Positions 12,665 to 26,915 of a stretch of 64,000 nt of DNA are shown here, piece by piece. Source of the stretch: Raillietiella orientalis (lineage: Eukaryota); assembly GCA_036172245.1 (NCBI GenBank), contig JAYWIR010000018.1, forward strand, positions 2,604,001-2,668,000. Direction: 5' to 3'. Position numbers and translations under genes: made by a program. Positions within the stretch are counted from its first letter, which is position 1. Each line of letters opens with the position of its first letter. The notes below the pieces were generated by a model, which ran no database searches, was not told where the DNA came from, and saw only the letters and a program-made list of their open reading frames with translations.

Positions 12665-13649
12665 TGAAAATTGCGCTAGGGACGGAAGGCTTTGCGCCGC
12701 CGCACTACGCCGGTGTCCGCGTTGTTGGTAGGCATGGAAACGAAAAGCTCGCCTACCCTCCTCCGTTCCAGCCGCCCACTCGGTGGTGCCACTGCATTGC
12801 GAGACGGAAGCAGCCATTTCTGAAAGCGCCTTCCGCAAGGTGTGTGTTTCCAAGAAAAGGGAGGAGGAAAAGCCCGAACATCCAGCATCCATTTAGAAGG
12901 ATCACGAGCGAGATGCAAGGTGAAAATTTAAAAAGAGCTTTCGCGTTTGGAAGGGTTGGCTCATCCAGAATGGCATCCCTTCGCGTCGGTTTTGTAACAG
13001 CCATCCTCAGACCCATTCCAAGCAGCTCAGGCAATAATCAGCAGTGGGCTCTTGAGCACCGAGTCAGTTGGCTTCCGCAGCCCACCCGTCCCCCATTCCG
13101 TCACGCCACCGCAGATCCTGAACCATGCGCTGTTAAAACATTGTGGCTGGTATGACGGATCTTCTAAACAGTCCTTCGACTTCTAGCTTCTGCTTTGGAA
13201 GATGCTTTGGCTTATGGTGGGCCCTGTCCACGCTGTTCGCACCCGGGATCGAGGCTCTGCGTAGCGCCCTGGCGCTGGTTCATGCGACCACGCAGACCCT
13301 ACAGGTCGCCACGGTGGTATCCACGGTGACAGGCAAACTTCTGGCGTCCCTGTGACCGTACCGCTATCCATGCAGCGTGCGCAGGAACTAGGTGCGCTAC
13401 CACGTCGCCGCTGTATCCGTTGTATCACTCTCCTCGTCGGCATGGCGACCGCTCTCGCGCTTAAGTCGTGCCGATAGCTCTCCTCCCTGCCTCATGAGAT
13501 GGGTCCCCGCTTCGCGAGGCCCTTCGTCGGCCTGCAGTGCATCCTCCTCGCTAGTGCCGCTCCTGCTCACTCACTGGCGGACGCGGTGCTAAGAGGATTA
13601 CGCGGTTCGACGCCGTCATCGCCACCGCCTCCTCCTCTGCCCCTGACTC

Positions 13650-14500
13650 TGTGCGCCTGTTCCTCATTGCTTTGGAAGATTGGAAGCGTTCTCTTAGGGG
13701 TCATTCTCTTCCGGTCTCTCCGGCGACCGGAGGAGGTGGTCGAAGAATCGGGCTGGGTTTTACTGTGGAAACGACGTCTCCGGGCGCATCATTGGCGACC
13801 CGGAAGTGCCTCGTCACTCCTTTTCCCCGCGTACGTCGCGGCCGCTCGTAGCGTCTCCGGACGAGGAGACGGCGGGTTCCTGGTTGCGGACCCTGGGCGT
13901 GGGATGCGAGAGGCAGTCGGGATGTGTCTGGTCCGCAAGGGGACTTGAAACGTGCCGAAGACCGATCTTCCTGCCCCGCTCCGGTCCGACGGAGCGAACT
14001 GGACGCGTCTTCCGAGATTTCGGAGGCAGTACTCCCCCTAGAGCGAAGGCTTAAAGACACGGGAGAGCATCTCTTCACGTTTCGTCTCTTGGAAACATAT
14101 CTCGGCGCTTCAGGTGATCCCAGCGCTCTCCGTGCAGAGAGACAAACCCCCGAGGTAGTTGCACCCTCGTCTCTTCCTTTCTTTCTGAAGGGAAGCCACA
14201 CCCTTCTCACCAGCGTCCCCAGGCCATGACCCTCATTTGCCATGTTCGAGGCAAGGAGGATGCGAAGCCCACTCGAGTGACTTTTCAGCGGTTCGCTCGG
14301 AAACTGGCGCTTCGTGAGATCCTCGTCTTCGGGCAGGACCCTCAGGGGAAGGCAGGACTTGCGATACGAGGTCGTCGCTGCGTCCCGTTCGCACGTGGGG
14401 CTCACGAGGGAAAAGTGCTGTAGAGAAAGGTGGCTTCCTCCCATTCGAGATGACGTCATGGATGGTAGATCGGTGCTGCGCAGCCTGAATTTTGCGTGCG
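13650..14500 (-). mobile_element. Decayed RTE-like LINE (end of APE to start of RT)
   Basis: LRVLPEDEDLTKRQ (CKVxPGE..QH), YVSKRRNVKR (Y..AKR.AKR), LPIFQS (VPIFK). A similar DCKVL motif occurs at ~16110-16125 (-). Confidence 0.35.
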
Positions 14501-17500
14501 TCATCGCCAGCTCTGCACCTGAAAGTGCGACGTCTTGATCAGCTGCAACGAGGGGGAGAGGTGCACGAAACGGCAGGAAATCCTGGTCTGCAGGCCGAAG
14601 ACTCCCGGAGTTGATCTCTCGCTGCGACCTGACCCAGTCTTGAGGAAAGGAAGCCGCGTCATCGTCATACTCGACACGTGCTGCCCATAGAAAAAATCAC
14701 AGGCAGCGTTCAAGACGGCGTGTGAAAGGAAAAGAAGAAGGAAAATACTGGGATCCCTCTACCTCCCTTTCGCTCTCGGAAAAAACTGTGAAGCGCCAGC
14801 TGGCGCGATCAACCTTTGGCCGTCAGAGTGATGGGCCCCCTAGAATAACAATGCCCTACAAGGGCCGGAAATTTCAAAAATCAAGCACCGACCCGCCCGG
14901 TCGAGTCTCCGAGAAGGACGTCGCTTACTTCCAGCCTCGTGCAATGCTGGAGTCCGACCAAGTGGACGCGGTCCAACGGTGAGGAAAAAATCCCTGTGCC
15001 GAGAGGAAGACCACGGGTTCAAATACTGGCCGTGGACAAGAGGTCCTGGCAAAGTGGCAGAAAAACCCTCGATGCTGACCGCCATCCAAACTCGAATGAC
15101 GTTCGTGAAGTGGAACGGTGGTGGAAGCTGAGGAAAATTCTCCTCCGTCGCATTATCACTTTGTGTAATCGCGAATCTTTTAAATGAAGCTGTAAGGAAG
15201 GCAGGTGTTTCTTGAATGAACATCAAGGAAGAAGGCAAGCAGAAGGCGCAGGAAAGGCAGGAGGGACGTTTTATACGATCCTCAAGAGCGCAAGGCAATT
15301 CGGGCGAGGTCGTGACAGTGACTGTGAGAGCATGTGAGCGACATCTTCGAGCGCATTGCTGCACCGAAGTTTCCTGCGTCTACCACCTCTACGAGTCCGC
15401 GCGACCGTCACCTGCATGGGGCAAGCGCTCGCTCGATGCCGCTACCCTGGCAACCGGCCGAGCATGCCCTCCCGAAAGACACGAAGAAGAGGCGCCGAGG
15501 TGAAATGGGGCACCGCGTCACCCTCCTCACCCGGACAACCAGGCCTGCTAACTGTGCAGGCCCATCGAGATGAACTCTCATCCGTCAGTGAACCTCTCGA
15601 AGGGCAGTGCAAAGTCGCTCCCCAAGGAGTCGATCGTTTGAACACTCCTTGCAGAGATTCAAATACCTCCCCGGCATCCTGGTTTCTTCTCGAGGGCGAT
15701 TCGGGGAGGGGATGCAACTCCTCAGTAGCTCAATCAGAGCACACGGTTTCTCCGGGCCTTTTCGATCGCCTGTTTCATTCGATGCTGCTCCTGAGCAGCA
15801 GATACGTGTCTTGAAAAGGCAACATCCGCATACACGCGCACGCGCACACATGCACGCAAATGCACACACTTCTCTTTCGGAATCTCCTATCGTCGCTGCT
15901 CCAGCATCTCCCTCTGATCGACGAACACATGAGCGCCCAAACTGGCACAACTGCTACAGGTCTAGGGGGTCGCCATGGAAGAAATCGCAGTCATCAGCGC
16001 AACTGTGAAACTATCGTGCTGGAGTTATCCTGAGACGCTCCCTCTCATTTTATCTGGGCTGAAGATGTCCGGGATGATTTGCTCTTTTGAAATGACTGTG
16101 TCCTTGAGGACCTTGCAGTCCTGCAGAGACCCCGAAGCGAGAGCTGTGCTTTCCTGCAGCAGTAACGGCAGCTGGGAAGGGAAGACTCTGTTCCCAGAAC
16201 ACATGCGCTATGCTCCCTCGTGACTGGGAGAACCCCTCCTTCCAACTCTCGGGCGGAAAAGCTCGAGGTGCTCCCGAGTCTTCGCGTTGGCCAGAGGGCG
16301 TCCCTCGCACAGGGGAGGGAAGCAGCGCGGGTACGTCTCTTTGACGGGTTTCAGTGAGGCTGCGGAGAGGCGGCTCGCGCCTCGCCACCGCGCATTTCCT
16401 CGTTCGAGAGGGCGCTGAAGCGTCTTCGTCAGGTGTCCGGAGGTAGCGAGTGCCCGCGATCGAGCGAGCGCTTTGGAGTGCCACGGTCGCGGAGCGGCTG
16501 ATGCGGGGGCCGGCAGCTGCCGCCGCCGCCGGGTGAGGCTCCTCCCGTGAAGAGAGGAGGCGTTCCGCCGGGAGCGAATCCTGATCGAAGCTGCCGAGAT
16601 CCTCCCGTTCCCAAGGCGGTCGCGTCGCGTGACGTGTCCCGGTTCAGCCGGCTTCCCTGCTGCAGCTCGCGGACCTTTTGACTCGGACCGTCGCACGTCC
16701 CCCGTCGAGGGTGCCAGCGTCCTAGCATGCGCTGGCACTTTTTTTTTCGTCCTTTTGCTGGCCCCGCCACCATCCAGCTGTGTCTGTTTTTTCCTCTTCG
16801 CTCATTGTGTTGCGGCTTCTCATTGTTGGACGAAAGTCATCTTCATCCAAGAAAGGACGGATGGGATAGGAAAAGCGCGGAGCAGGGAAACAGGCGGCTG
16901 GTGGAATTCTGCCTCTTCCCTGAAAGTTGCGAACAGGCACAAAGGAGGAACGCCGCGATGGGGACGCACAATGCGCCTGCCTCCGCGGCTATTGTGCTCC
17001 GTCCTGGATCTCTGACAGGCCTCTGATTGACGCACAAAGCGTTTCCATGACGCTGGATCTCTAATGCAGTTATGGAAGTCAATGAATCTTGGAATCCGGA
17101 GATGATGGATTGCCAGCCGGATGAGAGCTGCGCCTGCGAGCATCCTCTCGACGAGGACGGATCGAAACTCTGGGTAAAGGAAAAGGGGTTGAACTTTACA
17201 TGGGTCTCCCCACGGCGACAAACGCGACGGGGGTGGGATGGGGGGACGAGCACGCCCCGCCGTAAAAGCTCGGCTGAAGTTCATCCCGACTTTTCGAGAT
17301 TAGCTGGTGACCTGCCAGCTATGCAAACAGTTCCAGAACGTGCCGGTTGAGGGACCTCAGCTACTTCCGGGGTTCGTTCCAGATTTGCGTCTCGCCCGCT
17401 CCTCCCAGAAGAGGGGGACCCCACTCTACTGACCCACTCGCACGCTCCTGCTGAGGCCGGAGGGCGAACTCGTCCAGAACAGAGGGGAGGAAAAGGACGG

Positions 17501-18439
17501 GCCCCAGACTACCGTCGCGCCACTCGGCTCACGTGCCGCCGAAGGTACCCAGGAGCGCCATCGCTGCCGGGCGAGATCTGACCAGGAGAACCTGCGCGTG
17601 CGCTGGAAGGAGATTCCAGGAGACCCCACAAGGTACTAGCGGGAGTGGCGATCCTTTCGGTAGTCTCCAGCAACAGACAGTGCTCGAGGCGTTGGCGGTG
17701 CATCGGGTCGGAGGTCGGTCGGACAGCAGGCCTTTTTTTCGTAGGCGTCATCTGCACATCTCAACCTCCCCTCATCCCACCTCAAGGAAGCTCCTAAGCC
17801 CGCATGGGCACCCTTCGTCGGATCTCGGGAACGTCGGTGCCGAAGAGGGTGCAACAGAAAGTTTGCTTTTCGGGAATGAGCACTTGTCGGTTTCTCGCCG
17901 CTGGAGCTGCACGCATGAAGTCGGCAGTACGCGTCCTCGCTCAACTAACTGCGTCAGTAACCAAAGCCACGAAACATACGGGGAGCAGGCTGCCGGGGTC
18001 AAGGGGGACCTCCTGGGACCCTGGGAGTTGCGGGCTTTTGATCAGACCACCTAGGGAGATGGAATCGAAGCCGCGGACAGAATCAGTCGTCCAGGGAGCA
18101 GGGAGAAGCCACACTGCCAGCCACCGAGCTGGATTCCGTCTCCCCAGGGGACCGATGTCCATCTCGAGCCGCTCCGTCACTTCTCGAGTTGTCACGCCCC
18201 CAGAAGTTTTATTTTTGCTGCTATGCAACCAGTCACTTCCCACCTTGCTGGGATTACGCTATCCCTTGGGGGTGGATGAGGGAAATCCTTTGGGGTTCTT
18301 CTTTCGCGACTTTCCTTCCAGCTTTTTTATTCTTCCTTTTGGTTCTCACGGAGCGCTGAAGAACCGTCTGCCTCCATAGGGGAGACCCACAAATCTTTAA
18401 CTCTGTCCACACCACCCGAGGATGCGTGAAATTCACAAG

Positions 18440-19060
18440 TTAGGAGTGGACCCCAGGGGAACTACTCTATGAATCCAGGAAAACTCCTGAGGGAGGAGTC
18501 GATTCCTCTTACGCTTGAGAAGGGAATCGGGAAGGGAATCCTCCACCCTCCGAAGAAAACCCTTTCCTTATTTCTTCGGAGGAAGCCCCCGGAGGGATCG
18601 CTCCTCATTTTTCCTCCGGAGGGATCCCCGGCAAGGGAGCTGCTCCTTCTTTCCTCCTCTGAAGAGAACCCCGAAGGGATGCCTCCCCATTTCTCTGAAG
18701 GGTGCTCCTGTAAGGGAGCAGCGCGTTTCTTGAACTCTGGAGAGGTATCAATCAACCAGATCCATGGTACTCGATGGTGAACCGGAGGTGAACTCCGGAG
18801 AAAAACGGGTCCTTGATATGCTGGAAGGACCCTGGAGGGTCAACTATCAGTCCCATCCAGTCAACGGGGGCATCCGAGGGTTTCAGACTTCCGCCAGCAC
18901 CGCCCTCGAAACACGTGGGCCAACCAGTGAGGGAACTTGAAACCTACTGCCACCCCCCATTCTCGGTGCCGATCCTTTTCCGGGCGGAATTCGAACCCGC
19001 GACGCTCGGTGCCAACGCGGGCATCTCGGGGCTACTATGGGGCTCTCGTGCTGAATCACG
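18440..19060 (-). repeat. tRNA-derived SINE-like family A, copy 1
   Basis: B-box GGTTCGAATTCC on the minus strand at ~18986-18998. The body shares TCCTCCTCTGAAGAGAACCCCGAAGGGA with ~31243-31270 and, reverse-complemented, with ~38014-38043. Confidence 0.6.
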
Positions 19061-22000
19061 AGATTACTCGACAGTGGGGGGGAAGGGGTGGGGAGAGGAC
19101 AGCTCCTACGATAGGAAGACCTCCTCACCAATCTCCTCCCCAATCTGCCGCGATTTCCTTGGGCATCGCCCGGCTGATGGGACACACAACTCCTTCCGTG
19201 AGAAGGTTGACCACGAAAGGGGGCGTGCGGTGCAGAGAACGGCGATGAGCTATCAGTGGGCAGGGAAGACTCAGCGTCCTTGCAGAGCCTTCCTTGCTCA
19301 GGGAGAGCGTGTCCCCTCCTTCCGAGGGGGTGACGCGCTTCCCAGTCGATTACCGGGGTGGTCAACTCACTAAGAGCCCCCTATCGATCTTTACCGGTGC
19401 AGCTGGAGAGCGCAGCTTCCTCCGCTCTCATCAAAAAGTCGCGACTTTTCACTGTTTCCTTGCTCACCAGCTTTGCCGACCCGCCGGCTTCTGGTTCGGC
19501 CGACCTGGTTCGAGAGATCCTTGCATCCTTCGGACCACAAGATGATCGCACGGGAGTCTGGGTGCTTCTTGCAGACGGAACTTCCGCTTGGAAGGATCTC
19601 TTCGGCTCCCTTTTCCGGTGGAGACCGAGGACCAACTCGGTTCCCTGACTAGCCTTTCGGTGGGGGCCGCCCTGGAATGGATCTACATGCGACCCACATT
19701 CGGGGTTCTTCGGATGCGCCTTCTCCAGCAGCAGCTTCCCGGTCCCTGGACTACGTGCGAGCCGTCTGCATCCTGCCAACAAGCGCCTCATTGTAGGAGG
19801 AAAATCCTTCCTCCTTTTCTGATTTCTTCTCCTACCTCGACAAAGAGGCATTGGCATCTTCGTCGAGAAACCCTGGAGACAGCATCCCACTGCCTGTGCG
19901 AAGTTGGAAGGCAGGCGGATGAGTCTGCGAGAGCGTAGGCAGGCGAGAAGCGGCTTCCCAGGGATGGAAGTAGGGTGGAGGTGACTCCATCCTACATCGG
20001 TGGCATCGTCCTTCTAGGCAGTGAGCTGGGAGGTTTCGGGGTTAGCACTGAACTGTGCCTTCACATCCCGCATTCTTCCTCTTCTCGTCTCTCGAAGGAG
20101 AAAGAAAGGAAGGGAGGAGGTGGAAGAAGAGCAGGGGATAGGAGAAAGGGGGGGGGGATATGATAGGTTCATATAAAAAGCCCCACTTCCTTACCCTTCC
20201 ACTGATTCCCTTCCTGAGAGGCTTCCGGCCCGGCAGCTTTTTTTCTCCCTGTGGGCGTCGATGAGCCGGTCTGACGAGGAAGGCATCCTTCGTAGTGGAG
20301 GAGGGAAGATCAGGGAGGGACTGAGATGCTTGCCAGACGTGAGCCTCCATGAGGGTGCCCTTCCGACTTTGCCAGAAGCAAAAACGCCTCAGGACAAACT
20401 GTCTCCCCTCCTTGCAGACGGAAGGAGGACCGCAGCCCCCACGGAAGAGCGAGGGCGGAATGCGTCTGGAGAGCGTTGGTTGTTTTACGCGGCACAGGAT
20501 CGCGCCTCGGCCAAGGGACTCAGGGAGGGAAGTTTAAAATGGACTCCATCGAGTCCAAAGTTGGAACTGACGTCCCTATTTTGAGCTAGAGGGACATCCT
20601 CTTCTGACTCTCAGAGACGTGAAGGAACAAGCGGCAAAGAAGCAGGAAGCCGAGGCTCGAGGAGCCCAAGCGAGAGCAACGGCAGACGGAAGAAAGTTTA
20701 AAAGACCAACAGAAGGATACCGGCTCATCGGTGGATGGGACGGTGGGCCTCCCCCTCGATCGGGGGGAGCTTCGAAATTTCTTCGGTGTGACGACCCGAG
20801 ATTGTCTCCGCCGTCCTTTCTGCATCGTCGGTGGCTCTACAGAGAAGTGGGGTGAACGAAGGAGAAGCCCTGGCAGCCCCTCACCCTCACCCTACAGAAA
20901 GGGAATTCGAAGTTTCAAGAGGCTCAAGGTTTGTTGGTTAGGAGGAGCTAGTCCCAGGACCTCCCAGGGCGGCTCCACGGTTCCAGTTTGAGGGCGACTC
21001 AGGGCGCGCCGAACATCTCCCTCCAGGATTCACCCACTCCCCTCCTTGCCTCGAGTAGCCCTCTCATTCTTAGTAGAGAAGGCTCCAGCCAGTGCGTGAG
21101 CGTCCATGTAAGGAAGAGCTCTCTCGTAAGGCGAGGAGTGAGCGACTTGAAGCCACCCTACCTGAATGGCTTGAGGCACTCAGCCTTCATATTCGCAAGG
21201 CTCAAAGCTGAATCTTCCCCTCCCCATGCGGATGGATTAGCAGGTGCTGAGGGATGCCGTAGCCTTCCTTCTGCGACGCTGCGGTGCGGGTGTCCCTGCT
21301 TCCGAAAGAGAATGAGCTTGCAAAAACGTACGTGAACAGGCACGGAGTATCATCGTACGCGATCAGCACGGCGCCCAACAAGGCGATCTAAAAATACACG
21401 TTGAGCCAATTGGAACCGTCCCGCCTCCCGGATGTAGCTCTGTGGCGAGGCCGTTTTGAAGTGGCCTTTCTTGCAGTTCACAAGGAGGTGCTCTTCCAGG
21501 TGTTCCCTTCTTCCAAGTTTCGTTTGCTAGACCCGAAAAGGAAGACAACTGCAATCCCGTTTCCGTTAGTGTTTCTTCGCAGGCGTCTTCCTCGAAGCTC
21601 GCGCTGCATTTGTGAACTCCTGTGGAATCTCTCTCTGTCCCCCGTCTAAGCACCCATCTTCTTTTTGGGGACTTTGTGAATGGAATGAATCCTTTCTTTG
21701 TAAATAAAACTTCCCTCGCGACTTCCATCCAGGCATTTGGAATCTCTCGCCGTTTCTGAATTCTTTCCAGGATTTCTGATTCCATCATGTGCTTCAAACG
21801 TTCGGGAGGTTGAGGTCCCATAATTCTTGTGCTTAGAGATTGCTCTTGTTATAAAACAGAGCGCGACTGGAAATTATCCATTGATGTCTTGTTACCAATT
21901 CATCGTGGCAGCAATGACATCGATCAATGTGAATGGGGTGAGCTACTTAAAACCGACCCGCCTCAATTCCTACTTCGGCTCGTGACATCAGCATTAGCGA

Positions 22001-22999
22001 CCAGCATGGCGTCCGCCATGCAATCTAAAACAACCGCAGTGGACGAACTGAAACCTGCCTGCTTCCCGAGCATGGCTCTGCAGCGATGCGCGACAAGCCC
22101 GGCTTGAAGTAGCCCACTCATAAGCGAGAGGTGGCCCACCGTGTACCACCTCTCGCTTACGAGGGGATCAGCTTCTTGAGCCTCTTTTACGTCTCCATCC
22201 CATGAATCTTCCTTCTTCGGAGTCTCAGGCCTTCATCTCGAAATCCTCTCGCGTGCTGCCGCATCGGTTTACCCTACCTCATGGTAATAAAGAATTCTCA
22301 CCCCGTCAAGTTAACCCATGCATAAAATGATGCTGAAAAGAGAATACGAGCGGAAGGAGGGAAATGTCCACTGTCTTCACGTGTCTCCTCCAAGGAGAGA
22401 GCGCTAGTACTCTGCCTGCTTCACAAGGATTTTCAATTTCCCCCACGTTTCTTTTTGATTTTTAGCTTCCCCACCCACGAAGAAACCGTCCGTCGTGCTC
22501 TCCTCGTAGCTCAGTCCACTCGCGCTTCGTCTCGGTCACGAAACGGCCAATTCAGTTGAGATCTCCAGAAGGGCAGAGGCAAGAGAACCCATCTGCCGAT
22601 CATCCGTCCGTTCCGCTGTCCCTCGCTCTGCATCGAGGTGCTTCGCTCGTTGGCTCAGCCGATGGACTCAGCCGACGCGCTCTCTTTCCCTCGTCCTACG
22701 CCGCTGATGGGCGGTGCTTGCTCGCACCTTCCTACCATCGTCCTGGAGCCACCGACAGGACGGACGGTTCGGTTGGCAGCCATCGACGCCCGGTGCTTCC
22801 GGACGGCCTTCCCCTCGATCGGGATGGCCAGCTCTTTGCGACTCTCCATTGCCAAGACGACATCCCGGTAGCAGGATGGTCTCTGCCGCTGATGTGAGAG
22901 GTAGGGACTGCTCCCGGCTTCCGCGCGCTTTCCGCCGCAGGCGGACTGCCTCTTTCCTGGTGGACACTGTCTTCACAAGCAAAAGGTTCGGCAGCACGA

Positions 23000-23900
23000 A
23001 CCAAGCGAAGGTGTTCACCGCTGAAGAGAGAATGCTCTACCCAGGACGTGGTCTCTCTGTGGTCTTGGTCTGGGTCTCCTTTTGCAATGAGGGGAGTCCG
23101 TGCTGCCTTCCCCCTCTAGATCGTCTGTAGTCCGGTGGCAATTTTCTTCGTCATGCGCTCGTCAAATGTGGAGTCCTCAAATGCGATTCCGCGGACGTGT
23201 CCCTCAAACATCCACTTGACCTTGACTCGGGAGGATGCTTTCGCCTTCCCACCCTTCCGAACGATTCTGGCATCGCCACCGGGTCCTCTACACTTTAGTT
23301 CGGGACACCGTTGGGATGGTCCGTGTGGCAGCGTTCTTGCCACCGAACGTAGCCTCCTTCGGATGAACCTCGCGCTTCCGGATCCGAAAAGATTAGCAGT
23401 TCGAAGCAGCAAAGTTGCTGGCCTGACCAGGTTGGCTGAATAGACCGAGGCCTGCCTTTGACTTATCCCCATTGATGGCGGCCCTATTTGGCACATTAAT
23501 GTATTCCCGAAGAACCGTCTGCTGTTGCTGCTAATCCCCTGCGGTCGACCGCTGCGCTCGCCGCGTGAGCAAAATAAAAATGTTCGGATGCTTCCGACTT
23601 GCTTCGCTTTCACGTGTCGCACAAGCGAAGTGCTTCGAAGCTTCTGTCTCCAGCAGGGTGTTGGAGATGCAAGCGTGAAGGAATTCTTAATCTCCATAGA
23701 ATCCAGTTGGAGTAATGAGGGGAACGGGAAAGAAGGATGCGCACGCTACCGAGGTCGTAAGGAATCACTTGACAGGCGAAGCAGAGCGGTGCTCGAGGAA
23801 GGAAATGATGACCTGATTTCACCGATGGCAGGCAGAATACCAAAGTCTCCTGTGTTATCATACAGGGAACCGACAGATCGGTGAGGGGAGGGGGGTTGGG
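23000..23900 (-). mobile_element. Decayed LINE RT relic
   Basis: Ordered weak motifs GERSGRPQG (GVRQG), VYSANL (YADD), MTKKIATGLQ (KI..RL..W). Confidence 0.3.
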
Positions 23901-26694
23901 ATTGCTCCCTATTCTCTCTGGGAAATGTCCAGATAGGTCCCATCGGAGGCAATCGACTTCTCTCTCTTTCTTTCTCTTGTTGGAGTTCCGAGGACAGCCT
24001 GTGACTTACCGCACAGGTCGCAGGCAGTCTCCCTCCCTGCGGGGGTGCAGTCCATCCGCCCACCTGTCCGACTTCTTCTGCCTCGGTTCCGCCCCTTCCT
24101 CGGACGGCGGCAACTCCGGCCTCAGACGGTGCCCGACGGCAGATCGACCTATCGAGAAGCGTCCGATTGGGTTCGGGACTCTTCCTGGAGACCCTTTCGG
24201 GCGGGAGTCGCGACGGAGCGTGGGGCGGATAAGTGACCGAGGCTTCTCTGATCGCGCTCGCTGGGCTGCAGCAAGAGGCGGCGGCCGCTGGAGATTCCTC
24301 CGGGAAAGAAGGAGCACCGCGCACGCGTGGTAGGACATAGCGGGAGCCCTGGCTGCGTGGATGGGTTGTCAAGGGCTGGAAGGAGCTGCCTAGTTCCCCG
24401 CTTCCTCTTGCTGCCCCACTTCCGCATACCTGCGTTCTTTCGCAAGAATGCAAGAGATGGCCTTGGAGGCTGGGCGTGCCCCCACATCACGCCCTACAAA
24501 TTACAAATGCCCCTCCTCTTTTCGCAACCTCTTCCTCCACACCTCTTGATCCCCGAACTCATCCCTTTTCCTCTGCTCCGTTTCCTCCTCTCCAACCCGC
24601 CAGCACTGCTCCTTTTCCTCCCTTCCACTCCCTCCGTTCCTCCGCTCCTCCTCCCGTGTTCCCATCGAAACCACCAGAGGAGCTAGCCGCCTCCGGTGCA
24701 CAAAGGGACTGTTGACATCGCTCTCAGCAGATACGTCTCCATTATGTCGAGCATCGCCTTCGCGGGCAGAGCAGACTCCCCTTCCGCCGGAGTGGCAACA
24801 GCGGCAGATCTCATTAGTCGAAATTTACTTCGTGTCCTTTTTTGTCCCTTCCCCTTTTTCCTCCTCCTGCCTCCGAATGGAACAAGGAAGGGGGGAGGCA
24901 TATAGGGATTCCTGGTTTTTCCGAGTGCGAAAGGGAGTCCCCCGTCGTCGGAGATCAAGGAAGCGGAAAAAAAAAAAAAAAGAAAAGAAAACAAAAAGGA
25001 GGAAGGGGAGTAGGAAGAGACTCACCCACTCTTCGTCGGGAACACTCCAGCGCAGTTGAATCGCGCGCGACCCCTTCCTCCGCCCTCTCCTCCCCTTCCG
25101 TCCTGAGAGCAGTGCCGCTCAGAGCCGAGCGCGCAGCCCCTGGGGCTTCTCACCTTCAACTCCATCAATGGTCTCCTTTCGGGTCGGCGAGCGTAAAGTG
25201 GTCATTTGTCACCGCATCCTTCGCGCCCCGCTGCCCCCATTGACGGCGGCGGCCGGTCGCTCCCGTTCGGCCGCTATCGATTCCGCCGCCGCCCGGCGCC
25301 GCCAGAGGGCGCGTCGGCTCTGGAGAACCCAGGTAGGGGAGTAGGGAGGGGAAAGGAGAAGGAGACCCTTTCGGCCCTTTGAAGGGAGCGCGCGCGCTCG
25401 CGCGCTCGCAGGGCGCATTCAGAGCTCTCCCGACCGGGAAAGCGGAAACCTTTTGTTGTCCCGGCGCTCGTGAAAGAGCGTGGTGGTTGACTCGGGAGCT
25501 ACTGGTAGGCCTTTCATCCTCCGGCGGGCTGTCGTCGTCCCCAGACAGATGACTCCCCGTCCGGTCTTTATTAGGGCTTTCCGCTTCCCCGCAACCGGAC
25601 TTCCTGTCAGTGGGTGACTCGCAGCCGAGTTCGTGGCATCAAAAGGGGGAGATTTATAAGGGCGGCGCCTTCGAGGCCACCGTCGCCTCAGGGCTACAAC
25701 GCACTCGTGCGCACGGGCAGATGAGGGCGACGTGGGGTCATTCAGGTGTCGGAACGCCTTTCCCTAAATGATCCCTCCTCTTCCCTAACTGGCCGAGGAA
25801 AGCACCTGAAATGTCAATTCCTCGAGTTCCCGTCGGCCGCGCTCCATACATGCGCCCACTTAAACCTCTGGGATGCACGCGGTCCAGGAGATCCTCGACT
25901 TTTTGGCTAGACCCCTTTCTCTTCTACTGGATTTGGATGGCGTGGCAGCGTGCAGGAAGAGGGCGAGGTCCTGCTTCCTTTTCTTCCCGGACACCAGCGG
26001 GGGGGGGGGGTTCAGGTGCTAGACAACCCGCGGGGAGTCAAAGCGGTCTTCCGCAAAAGGTCTTCCGATAGGAATTCGATGCAAAGAGCCCCTTGTCCGT
26101 GTCTTGCATGGAATTCTCGCGACAGGCGAAGCCATCACTCCTTGCTGATCGCTCCGACGAGTCCCGCGCGGCGACGCTTGGGATGAGCAAAGAGCTCGAG
26201 GAAACGCGAAGCAGCCCGGAAGAACCCCCAACCCTTCACTAATCGCTCGGTCTGCATTGCGCCCCTCCCTCTAGCAACGCGTTTGTCCTTCAAGTACTGC
26301 AAATGGTAGAACACTCAGGATGCGTGTACCGGAGGGCAGAATGGAAGGGGATAGGGTAGGGGTAGGGGTGCGTCCTTCCCCCTCTCTTCTTGCTTTCTCA
26401 TCTCGAAGGCAAAGAGGGGAGGAGGGTGTCTCCCTCTTTACTGCAGCGGCCGTTCTACTCGGACAGTGGTGTGGACTCCGGGGGAAAAGGGGAATGTGGG
26501 AAGAAGGGGGAATTGAAGCAGCTGTTCCCAGATTGGAAGACCCGAGATTTTTATATATTTTTTTCCATGGGGTAATGGAAGAGAAGGTGGGGGATTGTCC
26601 ACGGAACTTATTTTGCATCTTCAATCGATCTGCCGGACCTTCGTCGTTACTGGCGAAAAGGCTTGGCTGCACGACGATTCCAGACGAGTTTTAT

Positions 26695-26915
26695 AGCTCG
26701 GGGATTCGAACCCGAACGACATTCCGCTCGGCACCGGAAGGTTTTCGCCACTGTGCCAAGGCTGTATGTCCAGGTCTCGCTGCTGGACGAGCCTAAAAGC
26801 ATTGCTGAGGGTAGGGCCTTTTTCCAGAGTGGATGGTTCACCGCTGGGATTCGAACCCGCGGCCTTCCGCTTGGCGCCGGGATTTTTTCCTAGTCGTCGG
26901 ACCGCATCCGCCCGG
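26695..26915 (-). repeat. Dimeric tRNA(Gly)-like SINE head
   Basis: Two B-boxes GGTTCGAATCCC (26846-26857 and 26701-26712) 145 bp apart, and an A-box-like TGGCACAGTGG at 26748-26758. GCCAAGCGGAAGGCCGCGGGTTCG resembles the 3' half of tRNA-Gly(GCC). Confidence 0.6.

Noticed and set aside
12540..12670. GEGKT...LLLADE in a third frame, resembling Walker A/B motifs
   Set aside because: The motifs are only ~25 aa apart, the frame is short, and an alternative spliced frame fits better. Likely chance.
14720..15190. RTE 3'-end relic (PRGRPR motif)
   Set aside because: Plausible, but rests on a single short motif.
17400..17760. Further LINE relics here and at ~11480-11900, 21360-21820 and 55600-56400
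   Set aside because: Only one weak motif each, which is not enough to annotate without a profile search.
18480..18720. CRISPR-like array
   Set aside because: Degenerate contiguous ~35-bp units without unique spacers, in a eukaryotic context with no cas genes.
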